Made by a program: the position numbers and the translations under genes. This document shows positions 9,163 to 19,262 of a stretch of 64,000 bases of DNA, piece by piece. The stretch is taken from contig OY820905.2 in assembly GCA_963555755.3 (NCBI GenBank), forward strand, positions 1,920,001 to 1,984,000, given 5' to 3'. Position 1 is the stretch's first letter; every line of letters starts with the position of its first letter. The stretch is from Nitrospirales bacterium (GTDB lineage: Bacteria; Nitrospirota; Nitrospiria; Nitrospirales; UBA8639). The notes under the pieces were generated by a model. It was given only the letters and a program-made list of their open reading frames with translations. It ran no database searches and was not told the origin of the DNA.

Positions 9163-10185
9163 ATGGAGAGATATTGGCATTCGGTATATATTGCAGGGGT
9201 TTTAGCATTTTTTAGCCTCTTCACCTTTTCCACGACAGTTTTTCCATTTTCAATTGTAGAGCCAAAAGATTCTAGTACGTATTTATCTGGAGAAAAAGCC
9301 TCCATCAATCTTGAAATCGGCGAAGTTGGGGGAATCATCGCTGTCCATTATTTTTGGTATGCCGACGGTGAAGACATGCTGGAAGAGCTGGTTGACCAGA
9401 AACGAGCCCTTATCTCCACACCTGATCACCACCCCCCATTCGGTGGAACCATTCGAGTACCCCGGACTGCTATCGGTACCTATCGCCTATTGGCAGTGGC
9501 CCAATTAGAGGAAGGGCAAGTGGATACGGAGAAATGGGCCGTATTTGACGAAGTCCTTATCCATGTTGAACCCAAGGCTCAACTCAAGGAAATAGATTTT
9601 GAGAATGAAAAACCTCTTCGATTCGGACGAGCCGCATCAGCTCGAGTCTACGACCAAATCGATTTTTTAGGCAAAACACTTGCGTTGCGCGCCATCGGCC
9701 GATTTTCAGACGGTACGGTTCGCTCCATTCGCAGGAAAGACACCGGAACAACCTACCTGATCGACGATGAAACCGTCGTGACCATCAATGACAATGGGCT
9801 GCTTCGTCTGGTGGGAAACGGAACGACAATGCTGACCGTCAAAAACCGAGGCCGCGAAGCCATGTTGGAAATTCAGGTCAAAGTCAACATTCAAGCCAAC
9901 CAGCCTCCCGTCACGAATCCGGGGGATGACCAAACCGTGTATTCAGGTGATCCGGTCATTTTAAACGGACTGGCGAGCTACGATCCCGAAGGTGGGTCGC
10001 TTCAATACCGCTGGTCACAAGTCCGTGGCAGTAAAATTTCTCTTCTCGATCCTTACTCGGGAAAGGCCAGATTTTTAGCCCCATTCGTTCCAGAAGAACG
10101 ACTGTTTCGATTTAAACTGCGTGTCACCGATACCCAAGGAGCCGATAGTATTCCCGCCTACCTAGACATCATAGTTATTCCGTAG
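9163..10185 (+). CDS. Secreted Ig-like/PKD-domain protein
   Basis: Signal peptide; C-terminal NQPP..PGDDQ..VILNG..SYDPEG..LQYRWSQV PKD-like repeat. Confidence 0.75.
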   Translation: MERYWHSVYIAGVLAFFSLFTFSTTVFPFSIVEPKDSSTYLSGEKASINLEIGEVGGIIAVHYFWYADGEDMLEELVDQKRALISTPDHHPPFGGTIRVPRTAIGTYRLLAVAQLEEGQVDTEKWAVFDEVLIHVEPKAQLKEIDFENEKPLRFGRAASARVYDQIDFLGKTLALRAIGRFSDGTVRSIRRKDTGTTYLIDDETVVTINDNGLLRLVGNGTTMLTVKNRGREAMLEIQVKVNIQANQPPVTNPGDDQTVYSGDPVILNGLASYDPEGGSLQYRWSQVRGSKISLLDPYSGKARFLAPFVPEERLFRFKLRVTDTQGADSIPAYLDIIVIP

Positions 10186-10194
10186 ATCGTCACA

Positions 10195-10432
10195 GAGAAT
10201 GTTGAAAAAAGCCGCCAGCGGCGTTCTCGGCCCTTTGTCGTGCTCACGTACTATGAGTACGCTCCGCGCGCCAAAGCGCCTGCGGCCTTGCCTGTGGAAG
10301 GGCGCGTCTTGGCGCGCCTGGGTTGGGCGGGTCAGCCAACGGGCCTTTTTGAACAGCCCATGGCTATTTAGGGTTGACTCAATTAATCAAATGTATTGGT
10401 CTTATAGAAATTTTGAATTAATCAACAGGCCC
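10195..10432. mobile_element. MITE family A, long form
   Basis: gagaatgttgaaaaaagccgccagcggcgttctcg ... tcaacaggccc. Confidence 0.85.
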
Positions 10433-10936
10433 TCACAGCAACTGGGCATCCACGCTTTCACTCGGCTCCTGATCGGCCTGATCAAATAATTCTTTCTCCA
10501 CGTAAATGGGAGCATCAAAATGGATAGCAAGAGCAATGGCATCTGACGACCGGCTGTCAAACACTTTGAGGTCGCCATGGATGACCACTGATAGCTCTCC
10601 ATAATAAATCTGCTCTTTCAGCTTGATTTTAACGTGAGTCACGGAACCTCCATAGGCCAGAAGTATCGTATGCATCAGGTCATGGGAAAGGGGCCGGGAA
10701 AACTTTTGCCCTCGTAATGCACCATCAATAGACCCTGCCACCGTAGGATCAACAAAAATGGGCACGACCCGGCCATGGGCTTTGAGTAAGACCACCGGGC
10801 CCATTTCGGACATCAACACACTCACATCTTCGATTTGAATCTGGCCGACAGGGAGTGGAGCTTGTGCCAAAGATGGTCCATACCATCCCAGCACGACAAA
10901 CAGGACCAACAACAGGATTGAACAACGAGATCGCAT
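10433..10936 (-). CDS. Bifunctional nuclease domain (DUF151) protein with signal peptide
   Basis: PVVLL..VPIFV..RPLSHDL..DSRSSDAIALA..APIYV; ATG 10936 after GGAGG. Confidence 0.85.
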   Translation of the reverse strand: MRSRCSILLLVLFVVLGWYGPSLAQAPLPVGQIQIEDVSVLMSEMGPVVLLKAHGRVVPIFVDPTVAGSIDGALRGQKFSRPLSHDLMHTILLAYGGSVTHVKIKLKEQIYYGELSVVIHGDLKVFDSRSSDAIALAIHFDAPIYVEKELFDQADQEPSESVDAQLL

Positions 10937-10961
10937 CACACCCTCCTTCCTACGCAAACGT

Positions 10962-11600
10962 TCAGCCGGACATAAACGGGTTGTATTCTTGCTCAAACCC
11001 GATCTGGGTCTCTTCACCATGACCGGTAATGACCGTGGTCGCTTCATCCAGTGAAAACAAACGTTCGCGAATCGATGTTTCAATAGCTCGCGAGTCGCCA
11101 CCCCATAAATCCGTTCGCCCGATACCACCCCGAAATAACGTGTCACCCGACAACAACAGATGCTCTTGCGGAAAATGGAAGCACATGGATCCGGGGGTAT
11201 GACCCGGAGTATGCAGCGCCTGACCTTTGATGGTCCCAAACGACAGCACCTCCTCATCCCGCATGCAATGGTCCGGATCTGGGGCTTGGACAAACGGCAC
11301 ACCAAACATTCGGCATTGTACCTCAAGGATTTTCCACAGATCGAGATCAGCCTCATGTATACCAAGCGGAGCCTGTGTCGCATTCTGAATTTCTCCTGAG
11401 GCGAGAAAATGATCCAAATGCGCGTGGGTATGGTAAATGCCAATGATCGTCAAACCCAGGCGCTGAACTTCGTCCAAGATACGCCTGGCATCGCCACCAG
11501 GATCAACAACAATGGCCTGTTTGGTCTCGGCATCGCCCAGGATCGAGCAATTACAGCCAAGTGGTGGAACGGTAAAGGTTTTTCGAATCAGGGCAGCCAT
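10962..11600 (-). CDS. MBL-fold metallo-hydrolase (glyoxalase II-like)
   Basis: THAHLDH, HTPGH, SGDTLF..GRTD, GHG. Confidence 0.9.
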   Translation of the reverse strand: MAALIRKTFTVPPLGCNCSILGDAETKQAIVVDPGGDARRILDEVQRLGLTIIGIYHTHAHLDHFLASGEIQNATQAPLGIHEADLDLWKILEVQCRMFGVPFVQAPDPDHCMRDEEVLSFGTIKGQALHTPGHTPGSMCFHFPQEHLLLSGDTLFRGGIGRTDLWGGDSRAIETSIRERLFSLDEATTVITGHGEETQIGFEQEYNPFMSG

Positions 11601-11691
11601 GAAACTCCTTTTCCGGCAGGGCAGTAAAAAATTCAAAGCGTAGCCCCCAGCGCTCGGAGGGTCAAGCTACCTTAAGATCAGGGGCATTCAT

Positions 11692-11720
11692 TTGCATTAC
11701 AAGGCGAAGCAGCCTACAAT
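11692..11720 (+). promoter_or_regulatory. Sigma70-type promoter
   Basis: TTGCAT-17-TACAAT upstream of the 11767 ORF. Confidence 0.55.
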
Positions 11721-11766
11721 CCAAAAATCGGTTCACAAGCTCTCCCCGTGCTAACAATTTCCCCTA

Positions 11767-12612
11767 TTGTCTCCTGTGGCTAAATCCAACACTTTCACCT
11801 CTATCAAGCTTCCTTCCGGCCAGATTTTTTTTCGGAGAGAGCGTTTTTCCTTTTTCCGTTTGATAGTCCTCCTTTGTGTGTTTCCCATTCTTCAAGGGTG
11901 TCCACAAGATAGGACTCCTTTATTGGAAGAAGAAAATACCGAACTCAAAAAACTTGGCGCGAAACAGGAATCCATGATCATTACCCTTCAAGAAGGCAAC
12001 CGTGTCTTTCAAGAGCAGATTGATCGGCTGAATCAGGAACTACGGGAACAGCAGAAGGAGCTCGACCAAAAAATCAAGGCCGCCCAAGAAACCGGACAGG
12101 GCTTGGCCGTGGAACGACATACTTTGACCCAACAAGTGACCGAATTAACCCGAGAAAATCGCAAACTGACGAACGACACCCAATGGTTGCGCCGTCAACG
12201 TGAACTGTTTCGTCAATCGATTTCGACCCACATTTCCGGCGCTAATGCCCAAACCTTCACTATTGGGTTTTCCCCAATGATCGAAGCCACGAAACGGGCG
12301 TTGCTTCAACATGGATACTCGATTTTGGCACATATGGCGACTGACCAAAAAACGGTGTTTGTCACCGAACGAAAAACCTCTGCCTCACCCTCCCTCGAAT
12401 TGCCAGGCTTTCACAACCAATATCTTCTCGTGTTGGAAGGACTCGGGCAGCACGCCACTACCCTGAAGGTCAAAGCGCACTATGAAAAAATATCCCAGGA
12501 AGGGAAGACGCTAGGGGTCAGCGACAATGAAAAAGCCGACATCGAACTGAGAATGATTCGGGCGGTGGAAGAAATTCTTCAGGAATCAGCCAATACCGGA
12601 CCTGCTCAATAA
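11767..12612 (+). CDS. Coiled-coil putative lipoprotein (start uncertain)
   Basis: Hydrophobic stretch ending LQGC, then a long coiled coil. Confidence 0.7.
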   Translation: MSPVAKSNTFTSIKLPSGQIFFRRERFSFFRLIVLLCVFPILQGCPQDRTPLLEEENTELKKLGAKQESMIITLQEGNRVFQEQIDRLNQELREQQKELDQKIKAAQETGQGLAVERHTLTQQVTELTRENRKLTNDTQWLRRQRELFRQSISTHISGANAQTFTIGFSPMIEATKRALLQHGYSILAHMATDQKTVFVTERKTSASPSLELPGFHNQYLLVLEGLGQHATTLKVKAHYEKISQEGKTLGVSDNEKADIELRMIRAVEEILQESANTGPAQ

Positions 12613-12800
12613 GCGATCAAAGCAGCCGTCCCTACTCAACCATACAGAGCAGCCAGCCGGAAAAAGGCCTTTAAAACCTGTTCTGATTCTTGAAGAGGAA
12701 GAAATGGCCACTTGATCCATGTGCAGTTTCCGAATACTTTTTTCGCGAAACTGACTTTTCCTAAGCAACAATCAGGCTGATTGTTGCCTTTTTAGGGGTT

Positions 12801-12995
12801 ATGAAAAAAGAGGAAGCTCGACAGCGAAGGATTTCCTGGGAAGCCAAAGACAACTACACCTGTGAACACCCCGAGATTGAAAGAGAACGCTCTAGAGGAG
12901 GGCGGGCGCACGGGTTTCTATGTGTGAAACACCTACGGAGCCTAGATCGGGCTACCGGGAGAGTGACCCCACGAAATGACGACTCAGGTTGCTAG
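12801..12995 (+). CDS. Small hypothetical protein, possibly truncated at the duplication
   Basis: AGGGG RBS and CEHP motif; its 3' end runs into the 229-bp duplication. Confidence 0.3.
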   Translation: MKKEEARQRRISWEAKDNYTCEHPEIERERSRGGRAHGFLCVKHLRSLDRATGRVTPRNDDSGC

Positions 12996-13435
12996 GTTCA
13001 GGGTTCACGGTTGGCCCCTGTGCATTCTTCATATTCCTTTTGCCACACCTCAATAATCTTCAAACCGTTCAATCTTCATCTTTCTCTAACCCTGAACCAT
13101 GAACCCCTAAACCGTGATCCCCTGAACCTGAGAAATGACAAAAGATGAGCAACACCGTTATTGCATGCAAGCACCTCTGGAAAATATTTGGGAAACATCG
13201 CGATGAGACGACTCAGGTTGCCAGATTCAGGGTTCACGGTTGGCCCCTGTGCATTCTTCATATTCCTTTTGCCACACCTCAATAATCTTCAAACCGTTCA
13301 ATCTTCATCTTTCTCTAACCCTGAACCATGAACCCCTAAACCGTGATCCCCTGAACCTGAGAAATGACAAAAAATGACCAGCACCGTTATTGCATGCAAG
13401 CACCTCTGGAAAATCTTTGGGAAACATCGCGATGA
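12978..13435. repeat. 229-bp tandem duplication covering the proV upstream region and first ~21 codons
   Basis: 12978-13206 vs 13207-13435, near identical with a few substitutions. Confidence 0.95.
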
Positions 13436-14429
13436 GGTGTTGAAGGCGGTTCAGGAAGAAGGACTCGGGAAAACCGAGGTCCTTGAGCGCTTTCACAGTG
13501 TCCTTGCGGTAGCGGATGCCTCTTTTGAGGTCAGACAGGGCGAGATCTTCTGTATCATGGGTTTGTCAGGATGTGGCAAATCCACACTCCTTCGCCTCAT
13601 CAACCGCCTCATTGACCCAACCCACGGCCATGTCCTGATTAATGGACAGGACATCAGTCATTTGGATGCCAAGAGTCTGCGCGCCCTGCGCTCCGAAACC
13701 ATTGGGATGGTCTTTCAAAATTCGGCCCTGCTCCCGCATCGAACTGTCAGGGACAACGTAGCCTTTCCTCTTGAACTGCGCCATGTGGCTCAAGCAGAGC
13801 GTTCCGAAGCCGCCGAGAAGATACTTAACCATGTTGGACTGAGCGGTTGGGAAGATCGAATGCCTTCTGAATTGTCGGGCGGAATGCAACAACGCGTGGG
13901 GCTGGCCCGCGCCCTGGCAGCGGATCCGGACATCCTGCTTATGGACGAACCATTCAGCGCCCTTGATCCACTCATTCGACGACAGCTTCAAAACCAGTTT
14001 CTCGAACTCTCTTCGGTAATGAAAAAAACCACTGTGTTCATTACCCACGACCTTCACGAGGCCATACGGCTCGGGGACCGGATTGCCATTATGAAGGATG
14101 GTGTCCTGATGCAGATTGGTACACCGGAGGAAATCGTGACCAAGCCGGTGGACGAGTATGTCGCGGAGTTCGTACAAGGCATCTCACGGCTTACACTCGT
14201 GCATGCCCACACCGTGATGCAGCCAATCGACACGTATCACGGGACTGCGGAGAATGACCTTACCTCACTCTCCACCGCCCCTCCAGACGCAGACCTCAAC
14301 GAGCTCATCAACCTCTCGGTAGACACTGACAGGCCCATCCTGATTCTGAAGGACCAAACACCCGTTGGCATCGTCACCAAGCTCAACCTGCTACGCGGCA
14401 TTCAAGGGGAGAAAGACTATGGGGAGTGA
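13374..14429 (+). CDS. proV: Glycine betaine/proline ABC transporter ATP-binding subunit
   Basis: GLSGCGKST, LSGGMQQRVGLARALA, MDEPFSALDPLIR, CBS-like tail. Confidence 0.92.
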   Translation: MTSTVIACKHLWKIFGKHRDEVLKAVQEEGLGKTEVLERFHSVLAVADASFEVRQGEIFCIMGLSGCGKSTLLRLINRLIDPTHGHVLINGQDISHLDAKSLRALRSETIGMVFQNSALLPHRTVRDNVAFPLELRHVAQAERSEAAEKILNHVGLSGWEDRMPSELSGGMQQRVGLARALAADPDILLMDEPFSALDPLIRRQLQNQFLELSSVMKKTTVFITHDLHEAIRLGDRIAIMKDGVLMQIGTPEEIVTKPVDEYVAEFVQGISRLTLVHAHTVMQPIDTYHGTAENDLTSLSTAPPDADLNELINLSVDTDRPILILKDQTPVGIVTKLNLLRGIQGEKDYGE

Positions 14430-15798
14430 AATTCGGACAGAAGGCTCGGGTGAGGCGACCACCCACATCGGCAACTCAAACTCCAAGAGCATTCAACTGA
14501 TTGAGGCATTTGTTGGCCCCAACGCCGACTACTATGTGCTTCAGTTTGGGCGAATTTCGCAATTTGGTCTCGCTGGGATTCGTCTCAATTGGGCCGCGAC
14601 CCTCGGCGGTCCCTTCTGGGCAGCGACTCGGAGCCTCTGGATGATATTTGGGTTTGCCGCCTTGGGGGATGTGATTGGGCTCATCATGATCTCCCGAGCA
14701 TATTGGTCCTTCAGCCAGGGTAACGGGGTCCTTTCCCTCGGTCTTCTCTTCCTGGTCGCTTTTCGTGCCGCAACCGGCCTCGTGGCCAACGGGGCATATT
14801 TGCGGGCCTTCACGCGCTGGAGAAGCCATCGCCATCTTCCACATGGCACCAGTTGGAAGGCAGGGCTCGCCGGGTGGGCACTGGTGCTCGCAATCTATCC
14901 GCTGACCGTCTACCGTTTCAGTGCCCCACAGGTCGTTGAGTTTATCGCGACGTTCCCCACCACCCGTTTCATCAAACTCAATACGGCCCGGGCCATGGAC
15001 AATGTGGTGGACTGGATGGTCATCCACATGGAGACCTTTTTTGACTCGATCACCTTGAGTATCCGAACCGTTCTGAACTTTCTCGAACTCCTGTTCGTCG
15101 GGACCCCATGGCCCGTGACCTTTCTGCTCATCATGCTCATGGCCTGGCGCATGGCCGGACCAACCGTGTCGGTGTTTAGCGGTGTGGCTCTGCTCTATGT
15201 GGGGCTGTTCGGCTTTTGGGAAAAAGCCATGAGCACATTTTCCTTGGTTGGGGCAGCAGTGTGTCTTTGCCTGATACTGGGCGCACCATTGGGAATGTGG
15301 TGTGCCAAAAACCGACGGTTGTATGCTTTGCTCAGGCCCATTCTGGATGTGATGCAAACCATTCCCAGCTTCGTCTATCTGATCCCGGCTGTGGCCTTCT
15401 TCTCCATCGGGAAACCGCCGGGGATTCTTGCAACGATTGTGTTTGCGATGCCGCCCTTGATCCGATTGACGGCGTTAGGAATCATGCAGGTCCCTGACTC
15501 GGTTCGCGAAGCCGCGGTGGCATTCGGGGCAAGCCCCCGCCAACTCCTGTGGAAGGTTGAAATTCCCCTGGCCCTCCCATCCATCATGGCCGGGATCAAT
15601 CAGTCCATCATGATGAGCCTGTCCATGGTCGTGGTGGCCGCCTTGATCGGCGCAGGCGGATTGGGGTACGACGTGTTGTTCGCCCTTCAGCATGTGGAAA
15701 CCGGGAACGGTATATTGGCCGGGGTGGCCATTGCTCTCCTCGCCATGGTTCTCGATCGGATTGTACAAGGATCTCAAAAATGGTCAGAAAGAGGTTGA
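14419..15798 (+). CDS. proW: Glycine betaine/proline ABC permease with DUF2628-like N-terminal extension
   Basis: LDVMQTIPSFVYLIP, EAA loop, MAGINQSIMMSLSMVVVAALIGAGGLG. Confidence 0.9.
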   Translation: MGSEIRTEGSGEATTHIGNSNSKSIQLIEAFVGPNADYYVLQFGRISQFGLAGIRLNWAATLGGPFWAATRSLWMIFGFAALGDVIGLIMISRAYWSFSQGNGVLSLGLLFLVAFRAATGLVANGAYLRAFTRWRSHRHLPHGTSWKAGLAGWALVLAIYPLTVYRFSAPQVVEFIATFPTTRFIKLNTARAMDNVVDWMVIHMETFFDSITLSIRTVLNFLELLFVGTPWPVTFLLIMLMAWRMAGPTVSVFSGVALLYVGLFGFWEKAMSTFSLVGAAVCLCLILGAPLGMWCAKNRRLYALLRPILDVMQTIPSFVYLIPAVAFFSIGKPPGILATIVFAMPPLIRLTALGIMQVPDSVREAAVAFGASPRQLLWKVEIPLALPSIMAGINQSIMMSLSMVVVAALIGAGGLGYDVLFALQHVETGNGILAGVAIALLAMVLDRIVQGSQKWSERG

Positions 15799-15825
15799 TC
15801 GGCCATTCAACTTAAAAGAGGCGCC

Positions 15826-16881
15826 ATGAAGAAGCTCTCTCCCATGCTCATTCTCCTCTTGGCTTTTAACACCATTACATGCACCGATACCCCCTCAAGG
15901 AAAAATATCATCATTGGGGAAGTGACGTGGGATGGCGGGCTCGCTATCGCGCATGTTCTCAAAACCGTCCTTGAAACCAAATTGGGCATCGAGGTGGAAC
16001 TTATTATGGCCGATCAACCTGTGATCCTCAGCGCCATGGATAAAGGGGATGGTGGTATTGATGTTCACCCGGACTTTTGGATGCCGAACCGAGCCGGGCT
16101 ATGGAACAAATATATTGCGTCGGGTTCACGGGAAACGATCCTGGTCAACCAAACCCCCTACCATGGAGTGCAAGGGATGTTCATCCCCCAATATCTACAA
16201 GACCAGTATGAGTTGAAATCAGTCGCCGACCTCTCCAATCCTACGATTGCAAAGCTGTTCGACAGCGACAACAATGGCAAGGGTGAGTTTTGGGCTGGTG
16301 CCCCTGGGTGGGCCTCAACCAATGTGGAAAAAGTGAAGGCCAGGAGCTATGGGTACGACCAATTTTTTGAGTCAATTGAGGTCCCTATGGCTGTGTTCCA
16401 GGCCAAACTGAAAACGGCGTATTCCAGAAAGAAACCGGTTCTCTTTTACTCCTGGACCCCCGAATGGATTCACACCACGTACGACTTGGTGAGGCTTGAA
16501 GAGCCTCCTTTCGACGGGTTTGCCATGGAAAGCAAGAAGGACGATCCCCGCTTTAATCCCGATGGCTGCTGGAAGATGTACCAACCGAAAGATGATCTGG
16601 ATTGGTACGAAAAGAGCCGCATTACCTGTGCATGGCCAGATGCTGACGTCTATATTGCCTATTCAAAATCCCTCACCAACCGTGCACCCCAGATCGCAAA
16701 GTTTTTCAATCAGGTAGCATTTTCTTCTGATATGGTGGGCAAGTGGATCACCCAAATGGTGTTGGAAAAACGAGATCCCGTTGAGATGGCGAGAAAGTGG
16801 GTGGCAAACCACCCAGAAATCGTGAACAAATGGGTCAAAGGAATTGAAAGCTTGGCGAACCAGGGTTCCGCACTCCATTGA
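15826..16881 (+). CDS. proX: Glycine betaine-type ABC substrate-binding protein
   Basis: TWDGG, IDVHPDFWMPN, GAPGWAS, FYSWTPEW; follows proVW. Confidence 0.85.
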   Translation: MKKLSPMLILLLAFNTITCTDTPSRKNIIIGEVTWDGGLAIAHVLKTVLETKLGIEVELIMADQPVILSAMDKGDGGIDVHPDFWMPNRAGLWNKYIASGSRETILVNQTPYHGVQGMFIPQYLQDQYELKSVADLSNPTIAKLFDSDNNGKGEFWAGAPGWASTNVEKVKARSYGYDQFFESIEVPMAVFQAKLKTAYSRKKPVLFYSWTPEWIHTTYDLVRLEEPPFDGFAMESKKDDPRFNPDGCWKMYQPKDDLDWYEKSRITCAWPDADVYIAYSKSLTNRAPQIAKFFNQVAFSSDMVGKWITQMVLEKRDPVEMARKWVANHPEIVNKWVKGIESLANQGSALH

Positions 16882-17446
16882 TTCTTAAGGGTGCCATAAA
16901 GTTGGCGCAGCTACTGGACAGGGTGACGGACCGTGGTTACGTCATGTCAGGCAGGCTCTTAACAGTGGGAACAGAAACAATCTAACATAATAAATTTCAA
17001 TGTTTTCAATTGGTTAGATTACAGTATTATTTTAAACGTCAGAGGGGCCTGACTATCCAGCCGTTCGGTCATCTAATGGATTCTTGGTTTGTTGATCACT
17101 GCCAGGATATTGTAGTAGATTCGTTTTGGGTTAGAAGGGCACTTCGAGTAATTCACCCATTTCGAAGAACTCTCTCCCTCTCTCTCTCTACTTTACCTAA
17201 TAGCAAGTTTACCTAATATGAAGAATTCACAAAATTAGGGAAGCCGGCATTCTCAAGTAATGTCCCATTGAGGGTCTACCGGTAGAAGAGCGTGGAGTTC
17301 CACCCTACGGCCCGGTTTATCAGCAGGAAACGATTTCGTCACTCATTGAAAAATGACCTTGCAACCTACTTCCTAAGGTGGCAGTAGGTTCGTTTGAAGT
17401 TTATCAAAAGGTTTAGTCACCGCTTCCACAGTAAAGGGAAAAAATA

Positions 17447-18310
17447 ATGCCGCCACTCGATCCCGCGACTCTCAACACCCTCACCGACTATGAAGATTAT
17501 TCAGTCACGTCGCAATCGTATGACACGACAAGACGGCCTATCGGGGTGGAAGTCATTTTGGGTTGTTTTGCTTCCACCAATACTCGCCCCTTACATGAAC
17601 AAGTCATTCTCGATGCCGGGTGTGGGACGGGGAATTATCTTCATGCCATTCATGACAAGGTCGGAATCTGTCATGGTATCGAAATCAATGAAGGGATGTT
17701 AGCTCAGGCTCAAAGTAAACTCGGCAATGGCTCTTCCGTCCACTTTGACCACGGCAGCCTTCTTGATTTGCCCTATTCTGACGAGTTCTTTGATGGAATC
17801 ATGTGTAACCAAGTCATTCACCATCTGGATGATCCCATGCCCACAAATGACTTTCCCAACGTGAAGACCATGCTCTCCGCCTGCTACCGCGTCCTTCGTC
17901 CTCATGGTGTGTTGGTCCTGAATATGTGCAGCCGCCACCAGCTTCTTGATGGGTTTTGGTGGGCCGATCTCATTCCCCGGGTTGTCGATCAAATGGCTGC
18001 CCGCATTCCTTCCCTGGAACTCACAGGAAAGATGCTGGAGGCTGTCGGTTTTCAACTTGGCGGTCTCACTGTTCCCCTTCATGAGGTCCTTCAAGGACCT
18101 TCGTATTTCGATCCAAGAGGACCATTAAAAAAATCCTTTCGCGACGGGGATTCCACCTGGGCCTTATTGTCAGAACAAGAATTACAGACGACCTTGGAGC
18201 AAATACGAACCCTGAATGAGAATGGGGGCATTACCCAATACCTAGACGAACGAGAGAAACGGCGAAAGCGCGTCGGACAGACAACCTTCATTTTTGCCAG
18301 AAAATATTGA
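17447..18310 (+). CDS. Class I SAM-dependent methyltransferase
   Basis: ILDAGCGTG motif I; NQVIHHL; RVLRPHG. Confidence 0.9.
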   Translation: MPPLDPATLNTLTDYEDYSVTSQSYDTTRRPIGVEVILGCFASTNTRPLHEQVILDAGCGTGNYLHAIHDKVGICHGIEINEGMLAQAQSKLGNGSSVHFDHGSLLDLPYSDEFFDGIMCNQVIHHLDDPMPTNDFPNVKTMLSACYRVLRPHGVLVLNMCSRHQLLDGFWWADLIPRVVDQMAARIPSLELTGKMLEAVGFQLGGLTVPLHEVLQGPSYFDPRGPLKKSFRDGDSTWALLSEQELQTTLEQIRTLNENGGITQYLDEREKRRKRVGQTTFIFARKY

Positions 18311-18328
18311 GATGGGGAGGAAGTAACG

Positions 18329-19132
18329 ATGACGACTCAAGCAACACATCTAGATCAACAAAAACTGCAGTCCGACGAGGAAGCGAACCGATATTCCCGA
18401 CCAAGCATATTGCGATCTGAACGCATGTATGGGGAAGGCTTTCAAAGCCCTGGCGGAATTGAAGCCGTTGAGGCATTTTGCTCAAAGCTTCATATGCGGG
18501 AAGGGATGAAGGTTCTCGACTTTGGCAGCGGCTTAGGTGGAGCCACCTTTTATTTTGCCGAACGTTACTCCGCCACAGTCCTCGGTTTGGATTTTTCTCA
18601 AAATATGATCGATATCAGTACGGAGCGGAAGGAAAGAAAAAAATTACCCAACGTCACATTCCGGCGAGGGGATATTCGAACCGCGGTCCTTCCGGAAAAT
18701 ACTTTCGATTTAGCCTGGACTCGCGACTGTATTTTGTATATCCCGGAAAAACACCTTGTTTGGAAAAATGTGTATTCATCCCTTAAACCCGGTGGGCAGC
18801 TCTTCATTACGGACTTCTGTAAAGGGAACGGCTCCTTATCGGAATCATTTATTACGTATTTGGATCGCTGCGGGTATCATCTTCAAGACTTAGAAAGTTA
18901 TGGCCAAACATTGGAAAAGGCTGGGTTTCACAACATTCGGATTGAAAACCATACGAAAGCATTCATTGATTCGCTCCAGGACGAGCTCAAGAATTTAAAT
19001 AACGATCGTGATCAGTTCCTTCAAGAATTTTCCGAGAGTGACTTTGACTATCTCGTAAACCGTTGGCTCAAGAAAATTCAACTTTGTGACCAAGGCGACT
19101 TCCTGTGGGGACTTTTTATTGCGGAAAAGTAA
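18329..19132 (+). CDS. Phosphoethanolamine N-methyltransferase-like SAM methyltransferase
   Basis: YS..SILRSERMYGEGFQSPGG, VLDFGSGLGG, TRDCILYI, LKPGGQLFITDFC, W..KI...WGLFIAEK resemble Plasmodium/plant PMT domains. Confidence 0.8.
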   Translation: MTTQATHLDQQKLQSDEEANRYSRPSILRSERMYGEGFQSPGGIEAVEAFCSKLHMREGMKVLDFGSGLGGATFYFAERYSATVLGLDFSQNMIDISTERKERKKLPNVTFRRGDIRTAVLPENTFDLAWTRDCILYIPEKHLVWKNVYSSLKPGGQLFITDFCKGNGSLSESFITYLDRCGYHLQDLESYGQTLEKAGFHNIRIENHTKAFIDSLQDELKNLNNDRDQFLQEFSESDFDYLVNRWLKKIQLCDQGDFLWGLFIAEK

Positions 19133-19262
19133 GCGCGTGCACAGTCACCAGTGTAAATCCGGTTCTTAGGAAAGATTCGTTTCGGGGTTTGATGACCTTT
19201 GAGGTTGGGACTCGACAACAACAATAATTGTTATCGTTCTTCCCAGAGGAGAAGAAAAAATA

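Noticed and set aside
10937..11443. Long N-terminal extension of the DUF151 ORF (336 aa)
   Set aside because: It overlaps the MBL hydrolase; the RBS and signal peptide support a start at 10936.
17200..17446. SAM or other riboswitch upstream of the methyltransferases
   Set aside because: Some hairpins are present, but I could not match a riboswitch consensus; an Infernal/Rfam search is needed.
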